Virus record (IMG/VR): IMGVR_UViG_637000105_000003
Strand: one strand, 5' to 3'
Source of the DNA: a virus
Lineage: Duplodnaviria; Heunggongvirae; Uroviricota; Caudoviricetes
Length of the DNA stretch: 49,246 bases
Positions 8,908 through 18,497 of this stretch are shown here, piece by piece. Position 1 is the stretch's first letter. Each line of letters begins with the position of its first letter. The translations under genes and the position numbers were made by a program. The notes under the pieces are model-generated. The model ran no database searches, was not told the origin of the DNA, and was given only the letters and a program-made list of their open reading frames with translations.

Positions 8908-9099
8908 TCATACCTGGTCTCTCTCATCTGCTTCTGCTTTCGCCACCATCATTTCCAGCTTTTGTGAAAGGGATGTGGCTAACGTATGAAATTCTTCGTC
9001 TGTTTCTACTGGTATTGGCACAAACCTGACTCCAATTTGAGCAAGGCTATGTGCCATCTCAATACTCGTTCTTAACTCAACAGGAGATGCTTTGTGCAT
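8908..9099 (-). CDS. Hypothetical protein (lambda orf63-like, 63 aa)
   Basis: Size and position downstream of exo match lambda orf63 by recollection. Confidence 0.5.
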   Translation of the reverse strand: MHKASPVELRTSIEMAHSLAQIGVRFVPIPVETDEEFHTLATSLSQKLEMMVAKAEADERDQV

Positions 9100-9260
9100 A
9101 CCGCCTCCCGTTTATTATTTATCTTCTCAGCCAGCCGCTGTGCTTTCAGTGGATTTCTGATAACAGAAAGGCCGGGAAATACCCAGCCTCGCTTTGTAAC
9201 GGAGTAGACGAAAGTGATCGCGCCTACCCGGATATTATCGTGAGGATGCGTCATCGCCAT
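9072..9260 (-). CDS. Hypothetical protein (lambda orf60a-like, 62 aa)
   Basis: ORF immediately downstream of exo, overlapping its stop region. Confidence 0.5.
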   Translation of the reverse strand: MAMTHPHDNIRVGAITFVYSVTKRGWVFPGLSVIRNPLKAQRLAEKINNKREAVCTKHLLLS

Positions 9261-9931
9261 TGCTCCCCAAATACAAAACTAATTTCAGCCAGTGCCTCGT
9301 CCATTTTTTCGATGAACTCCGGCACNATCTCGTCAAAACTCGCCATGTACTTTTCATCCCGCTCAANCACGACATAATGCAGNCCTTCACGCTTCATACG
9401 CGGGTCATAGTTGGCAAAGTACCAGGCATNTTTTCGCGTCACCCACATGCTGTACTGCACCTGGGCCATGTAAGCCGATTTTATGGCCTCGAAACCACCG
9501 AGCCGGAACTTCATGAAATCCCGGGAGGTAAACGGGCATTTCAGCTCAAGGCCGTTGCCGTCACTGCATAAACCATCGGGAGAGCAGGCGGTGCGCATAC
9601 TTTCGTCGCGATAGATGATCGGGGATTCAGTAACATTCACGCCGGAAGTAAACTCAAACAGGGCTCTGGCGTCGTTCTCGTACTGTTTTCCCCAAGCCAG
9701 CGCCTTAGCGTTAACTTCCGGAGCCACACCGGTGCAAACCTCAGCAAGCAGGGTGTGGAAGTAGGACATTTTCATGTCAGGCCATTTCTTTCCGGAGCGG
9801 GGTTTTGCTATCACGTTGTGAACTTCTGAAGCGGTGATGACGCCGAGCCGTAATTTGTGCCATGCATCATCCCCCTGTTCGACAGCTCTCACGTCGATCC
9901 CGGTACGCTGCAGGATAATGTCCGGTGTCAT
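9251..9931 (-). CDS. exo: Lambda exonuclease (Red alpha); contains 4 ambiguous bases
   Basis: 226 aa, near-identical to lambda Exo by recollection; N bases at 9326, 9367, 9383, 9430 give X residues. Confidence 0.9.
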   Translation of the reverse strand: MTPDIILQRTGIDVRAVEQGDDAWHKLRLGVITASEVHNVIAKPRSGKKWPDMKMSYFHTLLAEVCTGVAPEVNAKALAWGKQYENDARALFEFTSGVNVTESPIIYRDESMRTACSPDGLCSDGNGLELKCPFTSRDFMKFRLGGFEAIKSAYMAQVQYSMWVTRKXAWYFANYDPRMKREXLHYVVXERDEKYMASFDEXVPEFIEKMDEALAEISFVFGEQWR

Positions 9932-10713
9932 GCTGCCACCTTCTGCTCAGTGGCTTTCTGTTTCAGGAATCCAAGAGCTTTCACTGCTTCGGCCTGTGTC
10001 AGTTCTGACGATGCGCGAATGTCGCGGCGAAATATCTGGGAACAGAGCGGCAATAAGTCGTCATCCCATGTTTTATCCAGGGCGATCAGCAGAGTGTTAA
10101 TCTCCTGCATGGTTTCATCGTTAACCGGAGTGATGTCGCGTTCCGGCTGACGTTCTGCAGTGTATGCGGTATTTTCGACAATGCGCTCGGCTTCATCCTT
10201 GTCATAGATACCAGCAAATCCGAAGGCGAGACGGGCACACTGAATCATGGCTTTATGCCGTAACATCCGTTTGGGATGCGACTGCCACGGCCCCGTGATT
10301 TCTCTGCCTTCGCGGGTTTTGAATGGTTCGCGGCGGCATTCATCCATCCACTCGGTAACGCAGATCGGATGATTGCGGTCTTTGCGGTAAATCCGGCATG
10401 TACATGATTCATTGTCCTGCTCAAAGTCCATACCATCAAACTGCTGGTTTTCATTGATGATGCGGGACCAGCCATCAACGCCCACCACCGGAACAATGCC
10501 GTTCTGCTTATCAGGGAAGGCGTAAATTTCTTTCGTCCACGGATTAAGGCCGTACTGGTTGGCGACGATCAACAATGCGATGAACTGCGCATCGCTGGCA
10601 TCACCTTTAAATGCCGTCTGGCGAAGAGTGGTGATCAGTTCCTGTGGGTCGACAGAATCCATGCCGACACGTTCAGCCAGCTTCCCTGCCAGCGTTGCGA
10701 GTGCTGTACTCAT
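9928..10713 (-). CDS. bet: Red beta single-strand annealing recombinase
   Basis: 261 aa, [17 protein letters not shown]... essentially lambda Bet by recollection. Confidence 0.95.
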   Translation of the reverse strand: MSTALATLAGKLAERVGMDSVDPQELITTLRQTAFKGDASDAQFIALLIVANQYGLNPWTKEIYAFPDKQNGIVPVVGVDGWSRIINENQQFDGMDFEQDNESCTCRIYRKDRNHPICVTEWMDECRREPFKTREGREITGPWQSHPKRMLRHKAMIQCARLAFGFAGIYDKDEAERIVENTAYTAERQPERDITPVNDETMQEINTLLIALDKTWDDDLLPLCSQIFRRDIRASSELTQAEAVKALGFLKQKATEQKVAA

Positions 10714-10718
10714 CCGTT

Positions 10719-11015
10719 TTATACCTCTGAATCAATATCAGCCTGATGGTGAGCAATGGTTTCAACTATGTACCGGATGTGTTCTGCCATGCGCTCCTGA
10801 AACTCAACATCGTCATCAAACGCACGGGTAATGGCTTTTTTGCTGGCCCCGTGGCGTTGTAAATGATCGATGCATAGCGATTCAAACAGGTGCTGGGGCA
10901 GGCCTTTTTCCATGTCGTCTGCCAGTTCTGCCTCTTTCTCTTCACGGGCGATCTGCTGGTAGTGACGCGCCCAGCTCTGAGCCTCAAGACGATCCTGAAT
11001 GTAATAAGCGTTCAT
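10719..11015 (-). CDS. gam: Gam, RecBCD inhibitor (short GamS form, 98 aa)
   Basis: [21 protein letters not shown]... matches lambda Gam; upstream GamL extension blocked by in-frame stop at 11070-11072. Confidence 0.9.
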   Translation of the reverse strand: MNAYYIQDRLEAQSWARHYQQIAREEKEAELADDMEKGLPQHLFESLCIDHLQRHGASKKAITRAFDDDVEFQERMAEHIRYIVETIAHHQADIDSEV

Positions 11016-11090
11016 GGCTGAACTCCTGAAAATGGCTGTGAAAATATCGCCCGCGAAATGCCAGGCTGATTAGGAAAACAGGAAAGGGGG

Positions 11091-11234
11091 TTAGTGAATG
11101 CTTTTGCTTGATCTCAGTTTCAGTATTAATATCCATTTTTTATAAGCGTCGACGGCCTCACGAAACATCTTTTCATCGCCAATAAAAGTGGCGATAGTGA
11201 ATTTAGTCTGGATAGCCATAATTGTTTGATCCAT
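11091..11234 (-). CDS. kil: Kil-like host cell division inhibitor (47 aa)
   Basis: 47-aa ORF beginning [12 protein letters not shown]..., start overlaps the cIII 3' end; Kil identity is from position and size. Confidence 0.65.
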   Translation of the reverse strand: MDQTIMAIQTKFTIATFIGDEKMFREAVDAYKKWILILKLRSSKSIH

Positions 11235-11367
11235 TTTTTGGGACTCCTGGCTGATTAAGTATGTCGATAAGGCGTTTCCATCCGTCACGTAATTTACGGG
11301 TGATTCGTTCAAGTAAAGATTCGGAAGGGCAGCCAGCAACAGGCCACCCTGCAATGGCATATTGCAT
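11203..11367 (-). CDS. cIII: cIII, FtsH protease inhibitor (54 aa)
   Basis: Own translation: [54 protein letters not shown], matches lambda CIII by recollection. Confidence 0.8.
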   Translation of the reverse strand: MQYAIAGWPVAGCPSESLLERITRKLRDGWKRLIDILNQPGVPKNGSNNYGYPD

Positions 11368-11439
11368 GGTGTGCTCCTTATTTATACATAACGAAAAACG
11401 CCTCGAGTGAAGCGTAATTGGTATGCGGTAACGCCGCGC

Positions 11440-11808
11440 TCAGGCGGCCTTGATAGTCATATCATCTGAATCAAATATTCCTGATGTATCGATATCGGTA
11501 ATTCTTATTCCTTCACTACCATCCATTGGAGGCCATCCTTCCTGACCATTTCCATCATTCCAGTCGAACTCACACACAACACCATATGCATTTAAGTCGC
11601 TTGAAATTGCTATAAGCAGAGCATGTTGCGCCAGCATGATTAATACAGCATTTAATACAGAGCCGTGTTTATTGAGTCGGTATTCAGAGTCTGACCAGAA
11701 ATTATTAATCTGGTGAAGTTTTTCCTCTGTCATTACGTCATGGTCAATTTCAATTTCTATTGATGCTTTCCAGTCGTAATCAATGATGTATTTTTTGATG
11801 TTTGACAT
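11440..11808 (-). CDS. Ea10-like acidic protein (122 aa)
   Basis: Position and size match lambda ea10; acidic C-terminus. Confidence 0.55.
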   Translation of the reverse strand: MSNIKKYIIDYDWKASIEIEIDHDVMTEEKLHQINNFWSDSEYRLNKHGSVLNAVLIMLAQHALLIAISSDLNAYGVVCEFDWNDGNGQEGWPPMDGSEGIRITDIDTSGIFDSDDMTIKAA

Positions 11809-11825
11809 CTATTCATATCCTCATA

Positions 11826-11854
11826 GATAAAAAATCGCCCTCACACTGGAGGGC
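11826..11854 (-). terminator. Candidate Rho-independent terminator between ral and ea10 (tL-like)
   Basis: Stem GCCCTC/GAGGGC with 6-nt loop followed on minus strand by T-run. Confidence 0.4.
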
Positions 11855-11990
11855 AAAGAAGATTTCCAATAATCAGAACAAGTCGGCTCCTGTTTAGTTA
11901 CGAGCGACATTGCTCCGTGTATTCACTCGTTGGAATGAATACACAGTGCAGTGTTTATTCTGTTATTTATGCCAAAAATAAAGGCCACTA

Positions 11991-12191
11991 TCAGGCAGCT
12001 TTGTTGTTCTGTTTACCAAGTTCTCTGGCAATCATTGCCGTCGTTCGTATTGCCCATTTATCGACATATTTCCCATCTTCCATTACAGGAAACATTTCTT
12101 CAGGCTTAACCATGCATTCCGATTGCAGCTTGCATCCATTGCATCGTTTGAATTGTCCACACCATTGATTTGTATCAATAGTCGTAGTCAT
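11991..12191 (-). CDS. ral: Ral, restriction alleviation protein (66 aa)
   Basis: MTTTIDTNQWCGQFKRCNGCKLQSECMVKPEE... matches lambda Ral by recollection. Confidence 0.8.
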   Translation of the reverse strand: MTTTIDTNQWCGQFKRCNGCKLQSECMVKPEEMFPVMEDGKYVDKWAIRTTAMIARELGKQNNKAA

Positions 12192-12404
12192 ACGGATAGT
12201 CCTGGTATTGTTCCATCACATCTTGAGGATGCTCTTCGAACTCTTCAAATTCTTCTTCCATATATCACCTTAAATAGTGGATTGCGGTAGTAAAGATTGT
12301 GCCTGTCTTTTAACCACATCAGGCTCGGTGGTTCTCGTGTACCCCTACAACGAGAAATCGGATAAACTCTATTCACCCCTACAGAGAGCAAAAGAGAAAC
12401 GCCG

Positions 12405-12986
12405 ATGAACAACTCATGGTGGCAGGAACTAATGCATTTTTTCCTGCAAGGAATGACACTTAAACAGTTGATTCATATGCTAATCATCCTGATCATATTG
12501 ATTATTGTTATGCCGGTAAGCGTAAAAGAATGGATAAACCTGCATAGTCCAGAAATCCTTCCTCATTACTGGATGTATTACATCCTGTTGTTTTGCGTTA
12601 GCTATGTGCTTAACGGCGTTGTTAATTCCGCTTATCACGCTGTGACTGAAAGAATTGAGGTATTCGCTGCTCAGAAGCGCAAATCTAAAGAAGAAAAATA
12701 TGTGCAAGATTTGTTTGATTCGTTAACTCTTGGAGAAAGAGCGTATTTGGCATTCGCTGTAGCCGCTAATAACCAGCTACAAACGGAAAAGGGCGCTCAT
12801 GAATCAATTTCATTGCTCAAAAAAGGACTCCTCGTTCGAAGGCCTCCTGCTGTTGGATATCCTGATACCGACCGTTTCGTTATCCCTGAAAGCTATAGAC
12901 ATGAGTGCTACATTAGGTTTGCCGGGAAGGCAGACAGCCTTATGGATGAACTTATCGCTCAGGATAAGCATGGCAAAAACAAGTAA
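12405..12986 (+). CDS. sieB: SieB superinfection exclusion protein (membrane)
   Basis: 193 aa, opposite strand to pL operon as in lambda; hydrophobic N-terminal segments. Confidence 0.8.
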   Translation: MNNSWWQELMHFFLQGMTLKQLIHMLIILIILIIVMPVSVKEWINLHSPEILPHYWMYYILLFCVSYVLNGVVNSAYHAVTERIEVFAAQKRKSKEEKYVQDLFDSLTLGERAYLAFAVAANNQLQTEKGAHESISLLKKGLLVRRPPAVGYPDTDRFVIPESYRHECYIRFAGKADSLMDELIAQDKHGKNK

Positions 12987-13002
12987 TTAGCAAATGAATT
13001 TA

Positions 13003-13275
13003 TCATCTCGCCGTCAGTTGTTTTGATTTCCGGTAGCCTGCCGCGTAAAGAGCTACGTTCGGAAGACAAGTTGAACCTTCATATTTTCTGGTCAACGTTG
13101 TCAGAGTTATCACTTCTGCTCTCATTGCTGGTTTGAGCTTGCATTGCAAGACCACTCGTGAAGGGGTTGGCCTGTGTAGCTTGTCGGAGCTGATCGCCTC
13201 CTGACTTTGCAGATTTGCGCGACGAGCTCTACGGCGAGAAGCTGCGGTGCCTTTAAATTCTGTTTTTCTGGACAT
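13003..13275 (-). CDS. N: N-type transcription antiterminator (non-lambda allele), ~90 aa
   Basis: Arginine-rich motif MSRKTEFKGTAASRRRARRA at N-terminus; GGGAGG RBS; lies just downstream of boxA/boxB nutL. Confidence 0.7.
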   Translation of the reverse strand: MSRKTEFKGTAASRRRARRANLQSQEAISSDKLHRPTPSRVVLQCKLKPAMRAEVITLTTLTRKYEGSTCLPNVALYAAGYRKSKQLTAR

Positions 13276-13373
13276 GGATTCCTCCCGAATAAACTTTGGC
13301 GATGCAATCTCGAAGCTCCTCCTGAGACGGTTGCTTCGGCATTGCATCCCACAGCTTATGTGGTTGGGTGATC

Positions 13374-13418
13374 TGGCTTTTCAGCCACGTAGTCGAGAGT
13401 CGACGTTGTTTAAAGAGC
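13374..13418 (-). promoter_or_regulatory. nutL candidate: boxA (GCTCTTTAA) plus boxB hairpin (UGGCU-GAAA-AGCCA)
   Basis: Read on minus strand between pL region and N start; same architecture as the nutR candidate. Confidence 0.5.
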
Positions 13419-13419
13419 C

Positions 13420-13520
13420 TGCCAGTCTGTTCCATTTGGCTTCCAGCGTCCTGCTGACGGTTAAATAGTACGATATGTACTTTACAAGATCAATACAATT
13501 TGTTGTAAGTTGGCGTGGTT
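13420..13520 (-). promoter_or_regulatory. pL / OL operator region (approximate)
   Basis: Position upstream of nutL; contains TTGTAT/ATACAA motifs also repeated in the cI-cro intergenic region. Confidence 0.35.
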
Positions 13521-13675
13521 TTTTATAACGCTTTGTATTTAATAGTGTTGTTTTTTAGCGTGGATGTATTGCCTCGGCGATGTAAGGAGAGATCAGAATT
13601 GCGTGGTTTAGTGGGTTGCATCTATTTATTTTTCAATAAATATAATTGGTTATGTGTTTTTAGGTGGGCGAACGT

Positions 13676-13708
13676 GAGGCAAAGAAAACCCGGCGCTGAG
13701 GCCGGGTT
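13676..13708 (-). terminator. Rho-independent terminator immediately after the rex-position operon
   Basis: 8-bp stem AACCCGGC/GCCGGGTT, 6-nt loop, then TTTTCTTTG on the minus strand; 4 nt after the 13712 stop. Confidence 0.55.
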
Positions 13709-13711
13709 GTA

Positions 13712-14464
13712 TTATGCTGCAAGTCTCTTAACCCAAGTCTCTCTTTTGGAGAATGGTAGAACTTGGCTTGATTCATGGAAGAGTAAGGAGAGTTGTTGCA
13801 TTTGATCACCAATTGCTTCGCTGTCTATAACAACAAATCTGTTGTTATACTCCTCACTTGAAGCTTTAAGATCAATTAGTTTCCCAAGCAATGAGTAAGC
13901 ACTATTCCAGCTTCCTCCGTGTTTCACGCTTGATGTAAAAACGTATTTAGGTATGTCGGTTTTTATTGTTACAGGGACGGTAATTTGATGTCCACTCAAG
14001 CCATATACGTTTTCACGAAGAGAAAGTGCGTCTCTAAGCTCTGTGTGATATAGATAATCAATAACCATACTTTCAAACTTTTCAGCTTGAACTGGCTGAT
14101 ACCAGTCTAACGACAAAGTTGATGCGAGTATACCAGCTCTAATTATGTTCGATGTAATCGCACCGACATCCTTTTCTGTTGCCCAAGCAATGATTTCTCC
14201 TCGAGCATTGAGTTCTGCGCCTTCTTTAAGCAGTAATTGTCGTATCTCATCAAGTCGTTTTTTGGTAAGCGAGATCCCTCTTGCCTCCATATTCATTAAG
14301 GCATCGCATCTGTCACTAACTAAATACCTACCATTGACTTCACGGATAAAGGCACCGACATGCTCTCCATCATCACAGTAAGTGAATGGACTGATAATTC
14401 TCAAGGTCTTGCCTATTGGATGGCATTCGAAACCTAGTTGTGAGATCACTGTTGAGCACATCAT
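13712..14464 (-). CDS. Hypothetical protein (250 aa), second gene of rexAB-position operon; candidate exclusion/defence component
   Basis: ORF translationally coupled to upstream gene (ATGA overlap); AT-rich relative to flanks; no motif recognised. Confidence 0.7.
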   Translation of the reverse strand: MMCSTVISQLGFECHPIGKTLRIISPFTYCDDGEHVGAFIREVNGRYLVSDRCDALMNMEARGISLTKKRLDEIRQLLLKEGAELNARGEIIAWATEKDVGAITSNIIRAGILASTLSLDWYQPVQAEKFESMVIDYLYHTELRDALSLRENVYGLSGHQITVPVTIKTDIPKYVFTSSVKHGGSWNSAYSLLGKLIDLKASSEEYNNRFVVIDSEAIGDQMQQLSLLFHESSQVLPFSKRETWVKRLAA

Positions 14465-15018
14465 ATTCCAAACCCCATTTGCCCCGACTCATCTTCAAGC
14501 GGTAAAGGTATTCTCCCAGAGTAAGTTATGTTCAGATGTTTACAGAAGTAATTCCAATACCCTACCAGGTCATCTGGGTTTATGTCATCTTCGATTGGAA
14601 ACGCTATTCTATCACTATAGTATCCAGCTTCTTCATAGTATACATGGTAGTGAGCACCGTAAATGATATCTTGGTACTTCGGATGATCGACCTTGTAACT
14701 ATTCGTGTGTTTGTCAAAGTGATAGGTATCTACCGCGAAAACCCTCTTGTTATGATAGAAAGCAATAATATTTATTTTAGGGTAAGAAATCGGGTCATCA
14801 GGTTCTGAATCCTGATCTGGTTTCCATTTCAGTTCAAACTTTAGCCCTTGTATAGGTATACAATCCTCATCCAAGGGGATGATATGGGCTTGTAGCCACA
14901 TATCAGAGCGACTTGGTTTCTGTTTCCATTTAACGCCAGAAAAGTTAACTATTTTTTTACAATAAAGTACTTTATCAACTTCTACTTGGCTTGGCTGATA
15001 ATCATCTATTTTTGCCAA
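14461..15018 (-). CDS. Hypothetical acidic, aromatic-rich protein (185 aa), first gene of rexAB-position operon
   Basis: ORF 40 nt downstream of cI stop on same strand; AT-rich; no motif recognised. Confidence 0.7.
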   Translation of the reverse strand: MAKIDDYQPSQVEVDKVLYCKKIVNFSGVKWKQKPSRSDMWLQAHIIPLDEDCIPIQGLKFELKWKPDQDSEPDDPISYPKINIIAFYHNKRVFAVDTYHFDKHTNSYKVDHPKYQDIIYGAHYHVYYEEAGYYSDRIAFPIEDDINPDDLVGYWNYFCKHLNITYSGRIPLPLEDESGQMGFGI

Positions 15019-15057
15019 TGTTTACCGCCCTGTAAATTGTAGATAAAAGTGGTTTCA

Positions 15058-15723
<666 letters not shown>

Positions 15724-15835
15724 GTCCTTATTATTACGCTCTGTACTGGAACCATCCATGCACAATGTGTATTTTTACTTGTATTCGCAAAGTACATATT
15801 GTATTTTTTTTATTCGTGTTTACTATGGAGGGCAT
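15724..15835. promoter_or_regulatory. OR operator / pRM-pR divergent promoter region
   Basis: Intergenic between divergent cI and cro; repeated TGTAT-containing dyads (CACAATGTGT, TACTTGTATTCGCAAAGTA, GTACATATTGTAT). Confidence 0.5.
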
Positions 15836-16051
15836 ATGAGCAACCTACGAAAATATCGAGAGTCACTGAATATCTCTCAAACAACACTTGCTAAGGCAGT
15901 TGGATGCACACAGGGAGCTATCGGACATTGGGAATCTGGTCGTCGCTTCCCAGACCTTAAAACATGCCGTGCTCTTGTTGCGTGCCTAAACAAGTTAGGC
16001 GCAAAAGTCAGTCTTGATGACGTGTTCCCGCCGGAACACAAAGCCGCTTAA
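15836..16051 (+). CDS. cro: Cro-like repressor (HTH_XRE, 71 aa), non-lambda allele
   Basis: GGAGGG RBS; HTH motif ISQTTLAKAVGCTQGAIGHWESG; divergent from cI. Confidence 0.7.
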   Translation: MSNLRKYRESLNISQTTLAKAVGCTQGAIGHWESGRRFPDLKTCRALVACLNKLGAKVSLDDVFPPEHKAA

Positions 16052-16061
16052 TAAGCGGATC

Positions 16062-16107
16062 CGCTCTTTGTAACAACGGACATTCGTCCTACGTCGCTGA
16101 AAAGCGA
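16062..16107 (+). promoter_or_regulatory. nutR candidate: boxA (CGCTCTTTG) plus boxB hairpin (UCGCU-GAAA-AGCGA)
   Basis: Just downstream of cro stop, upstream of cII. Confidence 0.5.
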
Positions 16108-16192
16108 GTTCCAAGATATCTGACCAACTAAGGCCATATGCGTTTCCACGCATACCTTTCAACTAACTATTCACTATTGGAAATCTTAAGAA

Positions 16193-16489
16193 ATGGAAAG
16201 AACAAGTTACAGCAAACTATCACAGCGTGACGTTGATCGCGCAGAAACAGATTTACTTATCAATCTGTCAGCTATTACCCAGCGCGGTCTGGCAAAGATG
16301 ATTGGCTGTCATGAATCGAAGATAAGCAGAACGGACTGGAGATTTATTGCTTCGGTCTTGTGTGCTTTCGGAATGGCATCAGACATCAGTCCGATTAGCA
16401 GGGCTTTTAAGTATGCGCTTGATGGACTCACCAATAAAAAACGCCCGGCGGCAACCGAGCGTTCTGAACAAATCCAGATGGAATTCTGA
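16193..16489 (+). CDS. cII: cII transcriptional activator (hybrid; lambda-like C-terminus)
   Basis: 98 aa; C-terminus …LTNKKRPAATERSEQIQMEF matches lambda CII by recollection. Confidence 0.8.
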   Translation: MERTSYSKLSQRDVDRAETDLLINLSAITQRGLAKMIGCHESKISRTDWRFIASVLCAFGMASDISPISRAFKYALDGLTNKKRPAATERSEQIQMEF

Positions 16490-16521
16490 GGTCATTACTG
16501 GATCAATCCACAGGAGTCATT

Positions 16522-17421
16522 ATGACAAATACAGCAAAAATACTCAACTTCTGCAGAGGTAACTTTGCCAAACAGGAGCGTAATGTGGCAGATCTCGATG
16601 ATGGTTACGCCAGACTATCAAATATGCTGCTTGAGGCTTATTCAGGCGCAGATCTGACCAAGCGACAGTTTAAAGTGCTGCTTGCCATTCTGCGTAAAAC
16701 CTATGGATGGAATAAACCAATGGACAGAATCACCGATTCTCAACTTAGCGAGATTACAAAGTTACCCGTCAAACGGTGCAATGAAGCCAAGTTAGAACTC
16801 GTCAGAATGAATATTATCAAGCAGCAAGGCGGCATGTTTGGACCAAATAAAAACATCTCAGAATGGTGTATCCCTCAAAACGAGGGAAAATCCCCTAAAA
16901 CGAGGGATAAAACATCCCTCAAATTGGGGGATTGCTATCCCTCAAAACAGGGGGACACAAAAGACACTATTACAAAAGAAAAAAGAAAAGATTATTCGTC
17001 AGAGAATTCTGGCGAATCCTCTGACCAGCCAGAAAACGACCTTTCTGTGGTGAAACCGGATGCTGCAATTCAGAGCGGCAGCAAGTGGGGGACAGCAGAA
17101 GACCTGACCGCCGCAGAATGGATGTTTGACATGGTGAAGACCATCGCGCCATCAGCCAGAAAACCGAATTTTGCAGGGTGGGCTAACGATATCCGCCTGA
17201 TGCGTGAACGTGACGGACGTAACCATCGCGACATGTGTGTACTGTTCCGCTGGGCATGCCAGGACAACTTCTGGTCCGGTAACGTGCTGAGCCCGGCCAA
17301 ACTCCGCGACAAGTGGACCCAGCTCGAAATCAACCGTAACAAGCAACAGGCAGGTGTGACAGCCTGCAAACCAAAACTCGACCTGACAAACACTGACTGG
17401 ATTTACGGGGTGGATTTATGA
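16522..17421 (+). CDS. O: Replication initiator O
   Basis: 299 aa, essentially lambda O by recollection; contains ori iterons. Confidence 0.9.
   Translation: MTNTAKILNFCRGNFAKQERNVADLDDGYARLSNMLLEAYSGADLTKRQFKVLLAILRKTYGWNKPMDRITDSQLSEITKLPVKRCNEAKLELVRMNIIKQQGGMFGPNKNISEWCIPQNEGKSPKTRDKTSLKLGDCYPSKQGDTKDTITKEKRKDYSSENSGESSDQPENDLSVVKPDAAIQSGSKWGTAEDLTAAEWMFDMVKTIAPSARKPNFAGWANDIRLMRERDGRNHRDMCVLFRWACQDNFWSGNVLSPAKLRDKWTQLEINRNKQQAGVTACKPKLDLTNTDWIYGVDL
16869..16990. repeat. ori-lambda: four ~18-bp iterons (ATCCCTCAAAACGAGGGA-like) plus adjacent AT-rich tract
   Basis: Direct repeats atccctcaaaacgaggga / tcccctaaaacgaggga / atccctcaaattggggga / atccctcaaaacaggggga inside the O gene. Confidence 0.8.
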
Positions 17422-18119
17422 AAAACATCGCCGCACAGATGGTTAATTTTGACCGTGAGCAGATGCGTCGGATCGCCAACAACATGCCGGAACAGTACGA
17501 CGAAAAGCCGCAGGTACAGCAGGTAGCGCAGATCATCAACGGTGTGTTCAGCCAGTTACTGGCAACTTTCCCGGCGAGTCTGGCTAACCGTGACCAGAAC
17601 GAACTGAACGAAATCCGCCGCCAGTGGGTTCTGGCTTTCCGGGAAAACGGGATCACCACAATGGAACAGGTTAACGCAGGAATGCGCGTAGCCCGTCGGC
17701 AGAATCGACCATTTCTGCCATCACCCGGGCAGTTTGTTGCATGGTGCCGGGAAGAAGCATCCGTTATCGCCGGACTGCCAAACGTCAGCGAGCTGGTTGA
17801 TATGGTTTACGAGTATTGCCGGAAGCGAGGCCTGTATCCGGATGCAGAGTCTTATCCGTGGAAATCGAACGCGCACTACTGGCTGGTTACCAACCTGTAC
17901 CAGAACATGCGGGCCAATGCGCTGACTGACGCGGAATTACGACGCAAGGCTGCCGATGAACTGACCTGTATGACAGCGCGAATTAACCGTGGTGAGACGA
18001 TACCTGAACCAGTAAAACAACTTCCTGTCATGGGCGGCAGACCTCTAAATCGTGTTCAGGCGCTGGCGAAGATCGCAGAAATTAAAGCTAAGTTAGGACT
18101 GAAAGGAGCAAGTGTATGA
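17418..18119 (+). CDS. P: Replication protein P (DnaB helicase loader)
   Basis: 233 aa, lambda P-like by recollection; overlaps O stop. Confidence 0.9.
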   Translation: MKNIAAQMVNFDREQMRRIANNMPEQYDEKPQVQQVAQIINGVFSQLLATFPASLANRDQNELNEIRRQWVLAFRENGITTMEQVNAGMRVARRQNRPFLPSPGQFVAWCREEASVIAGLPNVSELVDMVYEYCRKRGLYPDAESYPWKSNAHYWLVTNLYQNMRANALTDAELRRKAADELTCMTARINRGETIPEPVKQLPVMGGRPLNRVQALAKIAEIKAKLGLKGASV

Positions 18120-18406
18120 CGGGCAAAGAGGCAATTATTCATTACCTGGGGACGCATAATAGCTTCTGTGCGCCGGACGTTGCCGCGCTAACAGGCGCAA
18201 CAGTAACCAGCATAAATCAGGCCGCGGCTAAAATGGCACGGGCAGGTCTTCTGGTTATCGAAGGTAAGGTCTGGCGAACGGTGTATTACCGGTTTGCTAC
18301 CAAGGAAGAACGGGAAGGAAAGATGAGCACGAACCTGATTTTTAAGGAGTGTCGCCAGAGTGCCACGATGAAACGGATATTGGCGGTATATGGAGTTAAA
18401 AGATGA
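18116..18406 (+). CDS. ren: Ren (Rex exclusion relief), 96 aa
   Basis: Lambda Ren-like by recollection; overlaps P stop. Confidence 0.8.
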   Translation: MTGKEAIIHYLGTHNSFCAPDVAALTGATVTSINQAAAKMARAGLLVIEGKVWRTVYYRFATKEEREGKMSTNLIFKECRQSATMKRILAVYGVKR

Positions 18407-18497
18407 CCATCTACATCACTGAGCTAATAACAGGCCTGCAGGTTGAACCGCCCCGGGAATCCTGGAGACTAAACTTCCTGAGAAAGAGGTAAACAGG

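Noticed and set aside
11016-11136. Long GamL isoform starting at [10 protein letters not shown]
   Set aside because: The MDIN ATG is in a different frame from gamS and the gamS frame has a stop at 11070-11072; only GamS is supported
11234-11360. N-terminal extension of the kil ORF (MPLQGGLLLAALPNLYL...)
   Set aside because: It is the cIII coding region read in another frame; kil is taken to start at the ATG at 11234
16869-16960. Short direct repeats that might suggest a CRISPR array
   Set aside because: Only four ~18-bp contiguous iterons inside the O gene with no spacers; this is the phage replication origin
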